A stretch of 64,000 bases of DNA, taken from Candidatus Latescibacterota bacterium. Its GTDB lineage: Bacteria > Latescibacterota > UBA2968 > GCA-2709665. Location: positions 3,520,001 to 3,584,000 of the forward strand of contig OZ241917.1 in assembly GCA_965203805.1 (NCBI GenBank), written 5' to 3'. Under the pieces are notes generated by a model. It had not been told where the DNA came from and did not search any database. It saw only the letters and a list, made by a program, of their open reading frames with translations. The translations under genes and the position numbers were made by a program. Positions 48,495 through 58,536 of this stretch are shown one piece after another; position 1 is the first letter of the stretch, and each line of letters opens with the position of its first letter.

Positions 48495-50894
48495 CTATTC
48501 ACAACGCAACGCGTCTACGGGATTCGCCAGGGCGGCCTTCATCGACTGAGCGCCCACGGTGAGTATTGCGAACCCGAGCGCCAGAACGCCGCATAGCAGG
48601 AAGACTTCAGGTTCGGGATCGATTCGATAGGCGAAGTTCTGAAGCCACCTGTTCATCACGTAGTAGGCAGCCGGCCACGCCAGCAGGTTGGCAATGACCA
48701 CAAGCTTTATAAATTCACCGGAGAGCAGGAACGAAAGGTTTGAAACAGAACCTCCCAGCACCTTTCGGATACCGACTTCCCTGGTCCGCCGCGTTACGGC
48801 AAGACACGTCAGCCCGAGAAGCCCCAAACAGGAAATCAGGATCGCAAATAAAAACGTATACCCCGTAATTCTGAACCATCGATCTTCGTTTTCATACTGA
48901 CGTGCGAGATTGTCTTCCAGAAAGGAATAATTAAACGGCTCGTTCTGCGCCATTGTTTTCCATGTCTTCTCCAGAAAGGCGACGGTGCCGGCGATATCCC
49001 CGGGCTGGATGCGAACCAACAAAAAAGGCCCGCCGGTCCTCATTCCGGTATGTAACACCAACGGTGCGATACCCAGATGCATGGAATCAAAATGGAAATC
49101 CCTTACAATGCCAACAACGGTCGGTTCGCCAAGTGCGATCAGTTTTCTCAAGGGCTTCCCGACGGGATCCTCCCATCCGAGCATTCCGGCAAGTTTCTCA
49201 TTCACAAGCGCGGATGCTTTCGGACCGGTCGTGGACATCGATGGTATATTCCTTCCAGCCACCAGCTGGATATTCATGGTCTCGAGAAAATCGGAATCAA
49301 TCCGAATGACCCGGACGCCTAAGCGCTCGCCGTCTTTCGTTTCGATGCCAAACGTGGCGTCCCCGGTCGTAAACGCCCGGTCACTGATCGTTGCGCTGAC
49401 AACCCGATGATACCTGGAAACTTCCGCCTTGAACAGTTCACCGGCGTCGTGCGAGACAGGAATAACCACCACCTGTTCCTGACGGTACCCCAGGTCCTTT
49501 TTCCTCATATAATCGAGCTGTTGAAACATCATCGCTGCGCTGATCATCAGTGCTATAGATAAGCCATATTGCACAACCACCAGCACGCTCGAACCCTTGT
49601 TTCGCCTCCCTATCCGCACCTGGCCCTTAAGCACCTCTACCGTTTTGAGCCGGGGCAGTACCATCGCGGGATAACTGCCCGCCGCAAGCCCTGCTATGCC
49701 CACCATCCCCACAAGCGCCAGCGTCGTTCCCCAACTGTCCAGGTAGGGGACGCTCAGACTCTTGCGCGCCAGGTCATTGAAGATGGGAAGAAACATTTCG
49801 GCCAGAGCGACTCCCATTGCCAGGGCCAACAGGCTTAACAGCAACGCCTCCCCCCAGAACTGCCGCATGAGTTGCCTCCGCTGTGCCCCCATCGCTTTTC
49901 GTATTCCCACCTCGCGTGCGCGCCCCATGCACCGCCCGACAGCAAGTGTCATGTAGTTGATACACGCGATGGCTAACACAATGAGCGCAAGCCCGGCGAG
50001 CAGGTACGAGTAGACCACGTTGCCGTTGAGTTCGTAGTTGTTCACTATCACATCAGAATCCAGGTAAACATCCCTCAGCGGCTGAAGGCGCAGCAAGAAT
50101 CCGTCCTCTGAATTCCTCACCCGACCACCCGATTTGAAACGTCCGATCCGATCTTCAAGGTGTTGTTCGGTAAAGGGAGGAAGAGCCGTTTCCAGCGCTT
50201 CCACGTCCTGTGTATCCACAAGTTCCACGTACACAGCCGACTTTCCACCAGTCCAATCCATGGCGGACGCATAATTCGTGTGGTGCTCAATCGGTATTAG
50301 AAGACTGAATTGCAGGCTGGAAGTCTCGGGAACGTCCCGCATCACTCCCGAGACCGTAAATGCCCGATCTCCCAACAACAATGACTTCCCCAACGCCGTT
50401 GTAAAGCCTTCTTCCAGATATCCAAAGAGCTTGCGGGCGACGGTCTCGCTCACCACCACGCCATCCGGCCGCCGCAGCGCCGTCGCGGAATCTCCCGCGA
50501 GGAGTGGAAGCGAAAATATCTCCAGAAATTCGGGATCCGCCAGGCCGAAGGATTCTTGAAAGAAGATCTTGCGGTATGATACTTGCGACCGGGTCCGGAT
50601 GAAACCGCTCGCTCGTTTAACCCCAGGAAACTCCTCCTTTAACGCCTGCGCAAGCGTCGTTGGATGTAGCGTGGAAAACCCGACACCGCCGTCAGGCCGT
50701 GTCTCCCGTACAATCACCCGATAAATGCGGTCTGCATTCGCGTGGAAGGCATCGTACTGCCATTCGTGCCGGACGTACAGGAAGATCAGAATACAGCACG
50801 CGAGGCCGATCGCCAGGCCGAAGACGTTAATAAACGCATACAGCTTTTGCCTTAGCACGTTTCGCAAGGCCACGATCAGGTAGTTGCGGAACAT
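48495..50894 (-). CDS. ABC transporter permease, duplicated MacB/FtsX type
   Basis: MFRNYL..ALRN, REVGIRK twice, NPVDALR.E. Confidence 0.92.
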   Translation of the reverse strand: MFRNYLIVALRNVLRQKLYAFINVFGLAIGLACCILIFLYVRHEWQYDAFHANADRIYRVIVRETRPDGGVGFSTLHPTTLAQALKEEFPGVKRASGFIRTRSQVSYRKIFFQESFGLADPEFLEIFSLPLLAGDSATALRRPDGVVVSETVARKLFGYLEEGFTTALGKSLLLGDRAFTVSGVMRDVPETSSLQFSLLIPIEHHTNYASAMDWTGGKSAVYVELVDTQDVEALETALPPFTEQHLEDRIGRFKSGGRVRNSEDGFLLRLQPLRDVYLDSDVIVNNYELNGNVVYSYLLAGLALIVLAIACINYMTLAVGRCMGRAREVGIRKAMGAQRRQLMRQFWGEALLLSLLALAMGVALAEMFLPIFNDLARKSLSVPYLDSWGTTLALVGMVGIAGLAAGSYPAMVLPRLKTVEVLKGQVRIGRRNKGSSVLVVVQYGLSIALMISAAMMFQQLDYMRKKDLGYRQEQVVVIPVSHDAGELFKAEVSRYHRVVSATISDRAFTTGDATFGIETKDGERLGVRVIRIDSDFLETMNIQLVAGRNIPSMSTTGPKASALVNEKLAGMLGWEDPVGKPLRKLIALGEPTVVGIVRDFHFDSMHLGIAPLVLHTGMRTGGPFLLVRIQPGDIAGTVAFLEKTWKTMAQNEPFNYSFLEDNLARQYENEDRWFRITGYTFLFAILISCLGLLGLTCLAVTRRTREVGIRKVLGGSVSNLSFLLSGEFIKLVVIANLLAWPAAYYVMNRWLQNFAYRIDPEPEVFLLCGVLALGFAILTVGAQSMKAALANPVDALRCE

Positions 50895-51148
50895 CCTGGA
50901 CCCTCAACGCCTCAGTCCCATGGCGGACTCGAAGTGTGAAGCGGTGGCGACACCGAAATCAGCGATCCCGGTCGCTGGCAACGGCCATTTCGGATACCGA
51001 ACCCCGATTGCGGAAAAGCAGTGGGTTCCGACAGCGGCACCTTGGTCGATGTGGTTTGAAATCTGCAAGGATCCCTTGGGCGGCGCCTGCGCTCGCATTG
51101 TGCCTGGACCTCGGCCGACTCAAATCGCCTTGGCTGAATCGGTCCAGC

Positions 51149-51598
51149 CTACAGCCACGTGATTTGGATCTGGCGTGCCGTAATTGTGGCCTTCCCGGTA
51201 GAAAACAAGGCATCGCGCATCACCATTTTGTCATCTGTTCCGCTGCTGGCACCGTCGTTCGCTTTTAAGGTGTAATCGCGACCTCTGGGCACCAAGACAT
51301 CAATCCTTGATGCGTGGATGCGACCCTGAATTCCGTCTGTCCTGAATTCACCTGTGCGACCGTCGAAGAATATCTCCTCTGCTTTTATCCTGCCACCATT
51401 GGACAGGCGAATTACGACATTCTGCAGCGAATACATTCTGTCTTCGAGGACTCTCTCATATCCATTTTGGATGGCGGTCACCCCAACAATGTAGGTAACC
51501 TGCCGAGATGTGGCACAACTGCCGGAGAAAGCCAACAGTACAATACCCGTTACCATTGCGAGCCAGCGCCCGTGCCTGGGCTTGATGTTTCTCGGCAT
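51149..51598 (-). CDS. Hypothetical probable lipoprotein
   Basis: AAGGAG RBS; basic N-terminus, hydrophobic stretch, FSGSC lipobox-like. Confidence 0.6.
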   Translation of the reverse strand: MPRNIKPRHGRWLAMVTGIVLLAFSGSCATSRQVTYIVGVTAIQNGYERVLEDRMYSLQNVVIRLSNGGRIKAEEIFFDGRTGEFRTDGIQGRIHASRIDVLVPRGRDYTLKANDGASSGTDDKMVMRDALFSTGKATITARQIQITWL

Positions 51599-51652
51599 GT
51601 TTGACTCCTTGCTATCGAATTTAACGGTTGAAATCAACCTCGAGAATTGCGA

Positions 51653-51770
51653 ATGCGCCTGTGCGAGGCCATCCGCGCCGGTCACGTGGGGACGTTGTAA
51701 GGGACCGGAACGCCAGGACCTGAGCGCTACTCACAACGCAAAACGTCGACCGGATTCGCCAGCGCAGGCC
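51653..51770 (+). repeat. Duplicate of the junction at 48425-48537 (oxidoreductase 3' end plus permease 3' end)
   Basis: ATGCGCCTGTGCGAGGCCATCCGCGCCGG.CACGTGGGGACGTTGT then CTA.TCACAACGCAA..GGATTCGCCAG at both positions. Confidence 0.85.
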
Positions 51771-51884
51771 GGGATGATGCGCGTTTTCTGAGGATGTTGG
51801 TTCTTATCCTGTTCATCCTGCCTGCCTCGCCTGCTTCAGCAGGCAGGCCCATCCACGTTAATTTCGGTCCATGATTGACATGAG

Positions 51885-52574
51885 CTAATTCGGCGCCTGT
51901 TCCTTGATGTTTTCCGATACCACGTGGCCGTCGAACAGGTGGACGATGCGGTGGGCAAACCCGGCGTCGTGGGCCTTGTGGGTCACCATGACGATGGTCG
52001 TCCCGTTCTTGTTCAGCTCAGTCAACAGCCCCATGACTTCATTGCCGTTGGCGGAATCCAGGTTCCCCGTGGGCTCATCCGCGAGGATGATATTCGGATT
52101 CGAGATGACGGCCCGCGCCACGGCCACGCGCTGCTGCTGGCCCCCGGACAATTGTTGCGGAAAGTGCTTCTCACGGTGCTTGATGCCCATATATTCCATT
52201 GACTCGTCCACGCGCTTCCTGCGGTCCTTCGACGGCATCTTCAGGTACAGCAGCGGCAGTTCGATGTTTTCGGCCACGGTCAGTTCGTCGATCAGATTGA
52301 AACTCTGGAACACGAACCCGATATTCTCCTTCCGGGCATCGGCCCTCTGCCGTTCCGTGTGTCCTGAGACCTCCACGTCGTTGAGATAGTATTCGCCGCC
52401 GGTCGGATTATCCAGCAGTCCGAGCACGTTCAGGAGCGTGGACTTTCCGCAGCCCGACGGCCCCATCACGGCGACGAATTCGCCTTCGCTGATCTCCAGA
52501 TTCACATTTCGAAGCGCGGTGGTTTCGACTTCTTCGGTCCTGTACACCTTCTGTAAATCGACTGTCTTGATCAT
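51885..52574 (-). CDS. ABC transporter ATP-binding protein (LolD/MacB-type)
   Basis: GPSGCGKST, LSGGQQQR, ADEPTGNLD. Confidence 0.95.
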   Translation of the reverse strand: MIKTVDLQKVYRTEEVETTALRNVNLEISEGEFVAVMGPSGCGKSTLLNVLGLLDNPTGGEYYLNDVEVSGHTERQRADARKENIGFVFQSFNLIDELTVAENIELPLLYLKMPSKDRRKRVDESMEYMGIKHREKHFPQQLSGGQQQRVAVARAVISNPNIILADEPTGNLDSANGNEVMGLLTELNKNGTTIVMVTHKAHDAGFAHRIVHLFDGHVVSENIKEQAPN

Positions 52575-52594
52575 CTCGGAGCTCCTTTCTAAAG

Positions 52595-53001
52595 TCAGCT
52601 TTCAGCTTTCAGCTATCAGCAGTCAGCCAAAAGCGGGTTCACGTCATTACATTGAAGGGTTCATATCACGTGGGAAATCACGTCATTGGTCTCCTGTTTA
52701 AAGGAAAGCGATATTACCCGCACCCAAAGCTCTTATCTCCGGCGAATCTTTACTGTGTCCGTTGTTGACCGATTCAATGATCAGTTCATGGCGATCAACT
52801 TCAGCTATAAAGTCAGCTTTCAGCTATCAGCAGTCAGCCAAAACCCGGCTCATGTCATCCCTCGTAATGGCCGCGAGCGGATTCCTGATTTCCGCGACTT
52901 CGGCACTGTTTTGTTTTTCTCTTGATCGTATTGAATGCGTCGGTTTCCTTGCGCCAACTGACATGGGTACTCTTTAGGGGTTCAAGCTGAGCGCTGACAG
53001 C
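52595..53001 (+). repeat. CAGC-heptamer-bounded MITE-like units (partial 52595-52650; full 52814-53001)
   Basis: CAGCTTTCAGCTATCAGCAGTCAGCCAAAA..GCTGA.CGCTGACAGC; colinear with 53409-53610. Confidence 0.8.
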
Positions 53002-53013
53002 CAAAAATCGGCT

Positions 53014-53379
53014 TCACTGCCGATCCATTTCAAGTCTTGATATGAATGCTCCCAGCATTTTCTTGACCTCCGTGATTTCTTGACTGATGCATTCGTAATC
53101 TGCGTAGCTTTGCCAATATCCAAGGTCTTGAGCAAGATGACATTGATATTCGAGTTCGCTAGCTGATCCCATTGCGATGCCCAAGAATCTGCTGAGTTCG
53201 GCATCTCCCTTCCGTCCGCAACCCTCCGCGACATTTGAAGGGATTGAAACCGCGCATCGCCTCATTTGTGAAACCAGGCCGTACAGTTCTTCTTTCGGAA
53301 AGTCTTGAGACTTTCGATAGATGGTCAAGACAAGGTTATGTGCTTTTTCCCAGACCTGCAATCTCCTGAAATCCTTCAT
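53014..53379 (-). CDS. Four-helix bundle protein (23S rRNA IVP / Avd-like family)
   Basis: DFRRLQVWEKA, FPKEELYGLVSQMRR..VSIPSNVAEG, IAMGSASELEYQ. Confidence 0.93.
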   Translation of the reverse strand: MKDFRRLQVWEKAHNLVLTIYRKSQDFPKEELYGLVSQMRRCAVSIPSNVAEGCGRKGDAELSRFLGIAMGSASELEYQCHLAQDLGYWQSYADYECISQEITEVKKMLGAFISRLEMDRQ

Positions 53380-53408
53380 TGCGTCTCCCGGATGTTAGCT
53401 GAAGAAAG

Positions 53409-53610
53409 CAGCTTTCAGCTATCAGCGGTCAGCAGTCAGCCAAAAGCGGGTTCACGTCATTACACATAATGGCCGCGAGTGTAGTCTTGATTTCGATGAT
53501 TTCTCGACTGATCTAATTGTCATCCGCTCGCTCTGGATGTCGCCGAGGCCCTGCGCCAAATGACGTCGGTATTCCATACGGGTTTAAGCTGACCGCTGAC
53601 GGCTGACAGC
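53409..53610 (+). repeat. CAGC-heptamer-bounded MITE-like unit
   Basis: Direct, diverged copy of 52814-53001. Confidence 0.8.
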
Positions 53611-55053
53611 TTATTGCTGCAGTACCAGCTTATCGATTTCTTCATAATTCTCGTACGACGAGGTCACCACTCGCTCCCCAGGTGACAGGCCCTCGAGCAC
53701 CTCGAAGTACTCCGGATTCTGGCGGCCGATGCGCACGGGGCGCCGCACGGCCAGGTCGCCCTCGACCACAAAGACCCAGTTCCCGCCCGTGGTCTGATAG
53801 AAGCCGCCGCGCGGCAACAACATCGCGACTTCCGGCGCGTCCAGTTCCAGCCGGATCTGCTCCGTCTGACCGCGGCGGATGCTTCGCGGCGCCTCGCCGA
53901 CAAAGTCCATATCCACCTCGAACTGCCCCTCCTTCACCTCCGGGAAGACCCGACGGATCTTCAGCTCGAAGATCTTGTCGTCGATCTCGATCGTCCCCTT
54001 GAGTCCGGTTGTGATTCTGGTAATGTAGAATTCATCGATGGCCGCGCGCATCTTGTAGGCGTCCAGTACGTCGATCTGGCCGATGCTGGTCCCCTTGGCG
54101 ATCAACTTGCCGATCTCGGCGTTGAGTTGCGACAACTGCCCGTCGATCGGCGCGCGGACCGTCAGGTTTCTCAATGGACGTCGCACGTCATCCAGTTGAA
54201 GCTGCAGGCTGCGTGCGCGCTTCTGCAAGGCGGCCAGTTCATTGACGCGGTAAATGGAGTCGCGTCGCACGGTTTCCAGCATAAACACTTTGAGCTTCTG
54301 CGCGTGTTCGTATTTGTCCTTTGCCGCCTCGAATTCGTCGCGGGAGGCGAGGTTGTTTTCGAATAGCGCTTCCTGCCTGCGAAAGTCGCGCTCGGACTTC
54401 TGAAGGTCCAGTTCGATGTCCATCAGGGAACGTTTGCGCTGGATATCCTGTATTTCCTGGCTCAACCGCGTGTTTTCCATCCTGTTGATCTGCTCGAACA
54501 ACTGCGCTTCCTGGCTCAACACGGTCTGTTCAAGGGTCGGATTCGACATCCGCAGGATCGGGGTACCCCGTTCGACCATCGCCCCGACTTCAAGGAAGAT
54601 CTCCTCCACCTGCCCGCCTTCCAGCGCATCCAGGTAGTGCGTTTGAATGGGCATCACCGTGCCACGCTGCGGGATGAACTCCTGGAAGGGACCGATGGTG
54701 ACTTCGGAAATCGTGATTCGCGCAACCTGCACGTTGAGCCTGGCGCTGTGATCGCCGAAAATGGCCATATAGACCACCAGCCCCACAAAGCCCGCGACCG
54801 CGCCACCACTCAGGATGCGCTTCGGCGTCCACAGTTTCTTCTGGATCTTGCGGTCCATGCCCTCGGTTGGCGTCTCCCGTACAGACGCGGAAGTACCGGG
54901 ATTCACGAAACCGGGAATCGGTTTCTCTCCGCCAACGGAGTCCGCCGGACCTTGTGACGCCTCAGGTTCGGAAGCCTGCCGATCGGACCCCGCGCCTGCG
55001 CGATTCAGCCGCAACACGCGTCCCTTTCCCTTCTTCGGTTTTTGCTCTTCCAT
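53611..55053 (-). CDS. Efflux periplasmic adaptor (HlyD/MacA family)
   Basis: Single TM, lipoyl/coiled-coil, IDEFYI, GGFYQTTGG.W; alternative start at 54858 (MDRKIQKK). Confidence 0.9.
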   Translation of the reverse strand: MEEQKPKKGKGRVLRLNRAGAGSDRQASEPEASQGPADSVGGEKPIPGFVNPGTSASVRETPTEGMDRKIQKKLWTPKRILSGGAVAGFVGLVVYMAIFGDHSARLNVQVARITISEVTIGPFQEFIPQRGTVMPIQTHYLDALEGGQVEEIFLEVGAMVERGTPILRMSNPTLEQTVLSQEAQLFEQINRMENTRLSQEIQDIQRKRSLMDIELDLQKSERDFRRQEALFENNLASRDEFEAAKDKYEHAQKLKVFMLETVRRDSIYRVNELAALQKRARSLQLQLDDVRRPLRNLTVRAPIDGQLSQLNAEIGKLIAKGTSIGQIDVLDAYKMRAAIDEFYITRITTGLKGTIEIDDKIFELKIRRVFPEVKEGQFEVDMDFVGEAPRSIRRGQTEQIRLELDAPEVAMLLPRGGFYQTTGGNWVFVVEGDLAVRRPVRIGRQNPEYFEVLEGLSPGERVVTSSYENYEEIDKLVLQQ

Positions 55054-55114
55054 CGTCTTGCCTTAACGTCGAATGAAACGCCGGCCTCCATCCTTCGCGG
55101 ATTTCCGGTCGTCC

Positions 55115-55735
55115 CTATGAACTCCTCGTCATCCCTCGCCGCTCGACCTCTCGTCTCAATTCGTGACGCCCCCGGTACAGCCAGACTTTCAGGGTGCCCA
55201 TCGGTACCTGCAGTTGTTCGACGATCTCATCGTATGACCGTTCCATAAGATAATGCAGTGAGACCGCTTCGCGCTGACGTTCCGGCAGTGCCTGGATGCC
55301 TTCGATCAAGATCCGCCGGCGCTCTTTTCGCGCCATAACGGCGTCCGGACCTTCATCGGGCGACGCGCGCCACCGCGACTGGAGCGCAGGCACGGCATCA
55401 TTGACTTCGCTCAACCAGACCCTCCGCTTCTTCAAGGACCTCAGATAATTGGTACACACATTCATGGCAATGCGCGTGAGCCACGTGGTGAAAGCGGCCT
55501 GCCCGCGAAATCCCGACAGCCCCAGGAAGGCCTTGATAAAGACCAGTTGAACCAGGTCCTCGGCCTCATCCACGTTGCCCGCGCACCGGTGAACGAGCGC
55601 ACGCACCCGATCACGATGGCGCCGGAAGAGGATCTGGTAGGCCCACTCATCGCCGCCAACGGCCCTATCGATCAGCGTCGCGTCGGACTCCGGCGCGCAC
55701 TGTAGCGGCAGGAATTCGCTTTTCTTTTTCATCAC
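55115..55735 (-). CDS. ECF sigma-70 factor
   Basis: AEDLVQ..F, F.TWL.RIA.N, LPERQREA..SYDEI..GTLK..L.RGR. Confidence 0.9.
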   Translation of the reverse strand: MMKKKSEFLPLQCAPESDATLIDRAVGGDEWAYQILFRRHRDRVRALVHRCAGNVDEAEDLVQLVFIKAFLGLSGFRGQAAFTTWLTRIAMNVCTNYLRSLKKRRVWLSEVNDAVPALQSRWRASPDEGPDAVMARKERRRILIEGIQALPERQREAVSLHYLMERSYDEIVEQLQVPMGTLKVWLYRGRHELRREVERRGMTRSS

Positions 55736-55797
55736 AGGGAGACGGTCTCCGTCTTGTGTCGTATTAATATAAGATATCCGCGTCTCGATTATACAAA

Positions 55798-55915
55798 AGC
55801 GACAACCGTGCCAACAGACACTTCTATATAAATTTCAACTGTTTAGACCGATATTCTCATGAAATCGAGACAAACAAGTGTCCGTTTTCGATACACTTAT
55901 GTGCGAAAATGGACA
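55798..55915 (-). promoter_or_regulatory. sigma54 promoter with IHF-like site and two UAS palindromes
   Basis: TGGCAC-N5-TCGC (55813-55798); TTTCAActgtTTA (55833-55845); TGT-N11-ACA (55879-55895) and TGT-N10-ACA (55900-55915); same layout at 63243-63359. Confidence 0.8.
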
Positions 55916-55942
55916 GTCCTGTCGGCACCGGGACGGCAAAGC

Positions 55943-58282
55943 TCACTCGGTCCGCAACGCGTCGACGGGGTTCGCCCACGCCGCCCGGATCGCCTGGACG
56001 CTCACGGTCAGCAGGACGACCGCCAGCACCAATACCCCACCCAACACAAACGTGCCGATGCCCGGTTCAATCCGATAGGCGAAATCCTGCAACCAGCGGT
56101 CCGACGCATAGTACGCCACCGGCCAGGAAATCAGATTTGAAATGACGACGAGCTTGACGAAATCCCTGGATAAGAGTGAGACGATTCCCGATCCGCGGGC
56201 ACCAAGAACCTTACGGATGCCGATTTCCGTGGTCCGGCGAGCAACGGAGAGGGCCGTGAGCCCGTATGCCCCGAGACAGGCGATCAAGACCGCGAGCAAT
56301 GCAGAATACATAACAATCCGGTTCCAGCGTTCCTCATTCCTGTATTGGCCGTCCACTTCGTCGTCCAGAAATGAATATTGAAACGGAATGTCTGGAGCGA
56401 CTTCAAGCCACTTCTGCTCAACGAAGGCCAGCGTACCGGAAATATCTTCCGGTCGGATTCTGACAAGGACGTTGCCGTATGCGTTTAAGGTAAACCGCAG
56501 CACCGCCGGCCGGACCGTGTGGTGCAGGGACCGAACATGGAAGTCCATTACCACGCCCGTTACCGTCACATCCCGCTTTTCCATTCGCAGCATTCTACCC
56601 ACTACCGGTTGATCCCAGCCCAAGTGGCGGACCAGTGCCTCATTCACGATAATCGAAGACTGTGAATCCGTACTTTGTGGATCGAAATCCGCTCCTTCCA
56701 ACAGGGACACACCCATAGTCTGTAGAAAATCATTGCCAACATCCACGAGTCCGACATCGATTTTTTCACCTTGATGCTCAACCGTGTGGGAGTACCTCGT
56801 TCTGTTGCTCAGCGCATGATTGGTTGTCGTCACACCCAGAATAGAATGGTGTCGTATCAACTCGTTGCGGTACACCCCGAGCAGGTCTGCATCTCGCTCC
56901 CGCAGATCCCATGCCCGGATGCGCACGACGTGATCACTCTCGAAGCCGAGCGGTTTCGTTCTCAAGTACTCCAGTTGACGTAACATAAGAAACGTGGTGA
57001 CAACCAGGAATACGGAAAGGGAGAATTGGAAGACCACCAGCGCCCGTCCGAACAGGCTGGAAGTTCCCAGTCTTAGCCGTCTATTCCACACTGCAACGGG
57101 CTGAAACCCGGACAATACTAAGGCCGGGTAGCCGCCTGCTGCCATCCCAACGGCCGCCGCCAGTCCCAACAAAAACGCCAGCCCCACTCCGTCAGCCTGA
57201 TCGACAAGGGCGAGGTCCTTGGCGATCAGGCCGTTGAAGGCCGGCAGGAGGAGTTCGGCCAGACCGACCCCGGCCACGAGGGCAATCAGACTCAATAAGG
57301 TCGATTCTCCGAGAAACTGTATCATCAACTGCGCACGAGACGCGCCCGCCGTTTTTCTCATTGCCACCTCGCGGTCGCGTGAAAACGACCGGCCGACGGC
57401 AAGGGTTATGAAGTTCACGCAGGCATTCGCCAGCACGAGCAGAGCGATTCCGAGAAGAATATAGGAAAGTGCCGGATTGCCTGCTCCCTTGAGTCCCGGT
57501 ACACCTCGTCCGAGATGCATATCAAGAAGCGGTTGGAGGCCCATTATCTCGGCCCACTGTTCTCCGCGCCTCGTCTTTAGATACTTCGAAAACCGACCTT
57601 CGACTTCTGCTGGACGTTGGCTTTCAGGTAGCAATGCGAAGGTGTAGATCGCACTCACTGACCAGCCTCTCGGCTCGCCTTTACCGGCAAACGGCGCCAG
57701 AAAATCGAACTGAATGCTGGAATTCTTGGGTATAGCCTTTGCGATACCCGTGACAACGAAATCCCGCTCCACCGCCGGTGGCCCCCAAAGTCTCACTGAA
57801 AGGACTTTTCCGACGGGATCTTCATGTCCAAAGTATTTCCGAGCCGCCTCATCGGAGATCACAAGCGAGGACGGATTTTCCAGCACGGTCGTCGGATCTC
57901 CCTTCAGCAGCGGAAAAGTGAACACCTCCAAAATCGCCGGATCGGCAAAGTAGATACTTCGCCCTAAAGACCGGTCCCCCTCCTTCACAGATGAAGCGCC
58001 CCAGCCAACTCTGACGGTTTGAACGTCCGGAAACGCGGCTTCCAACGCCGGTCCCAGCGGGTCCTGCGTCACGCCGCTCGCGCTCGTAGTGTCCTTGACG
58101 TAGACCCTGTAAATCCGCTTCGCGTTTTCGTGGAACGTGTCGTACGTCCACTCGCGCCGGACGTACAGAAACGTCAGGATGCAAAACGCAATCCCGATCG
58201 ACAAGCCCGCCACGTTGATCAGGGAGTAGACCTTGTGGCGCATGAGATTGCGGTACGCCACGATCAGATAATTTCGGAGCAT
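55943..58282 (-). CDS. ABC transporter permease, duplicated MacB/FtsX type
   Basis: MLRNYL..AYRN, EIGIRK, NPVDALRTE. Confidence 0.92.
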   Translation of the reverse strand: MLRNYLIVAYRNLMRHKVYSLINVAGLSIGIAFCILTFLYVRREWTYDTFHENAKRIYRVYVKDTTSASGVTQDPLGPALEAAFPDVQTVRVGWGASSVKEGDRSLGRSIYFADPAILEVFTFPLLKGDPTTVLENPSSLVISDEAARKYFGHEDPVGKVLSVRLWGPPAVERDFVVTGIAKAIPKNSSIQFDFLAPFAGKGEPRGWSVSAIYTFALLPESQRPAEVEGRFSKYLKTRRGEQWAEIMGLQPLLDMHLGRGVPGLKGAGNPALSYILLGIALLVLANACVNFITLAVGRSFSRDREVAMRKTAGASRAQLMIQFLGESTLLSLIALVAGVGLAELLLPAFNGLIAKDLALVDQADGVGLAFLLGLAAAVGMAAGGYPALVLSGFQPVAVWNRRLRLGTSSLFGRALVVFQFSLSVFLVVTTFLMLRQLEYLRTKPLGFESDHVVRIRAWDLRERDADLLGVYRNELIRHHSILGVTTTNHALSNRTRYSHTVEHQGEKIDVGLVDVGNDFLQTMGVSLLEGADFDPQSTDSQSSIIVNEALVRHLGWDQPVVGRMLRMEKRDVTVTGVVMDFHVRSLHHTVRPAVLRFTLNAYGNVLVRIRPEDISGTLAFVEQKWLEVAPDIPFQYSFLDDEVDGQYRNEERWNRIVMYSALLAVLIACLGAYGLTALSVARRTTEIGIRKVLGARGSGIVSLLSRDFVKLVVISNLISWPVAYYASDRWLQDFAYRIEPGIGTFVLGGVLVLAVVLLTVSVQAIRAAWANPVDALRTE

Positions 58283-58536
58283 GGATCCTGTGCCTCTAAG
58301 TGAGTGTCTCGCAAATCGCTGACAGCTACGGCCCGCATGCCTTCTTCCGTTACACAGGCCTGCAGGTCCTTAGTTCGACTACATTGCCTGCACCCTGAAT
58401 TCCGGTTCTTTAGCTTACGAAGCGTGTCGAAGGCGTGACGATGCAATAAACTGGCGCGAGACGTCGGACCTGGGATCGACGGGATGGCCCGCCCTGCCGG
58501 CGCGCCCGGGACGCTGTTGCCAGTCCTGGCCAATCG

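Noticed and set aside
53014-53379. Diversity-generating retroelement (Avd-like gene)
   Set aside because: No reverse transcriptase and no TR/VR pair with adenine-specific mismatches seen.
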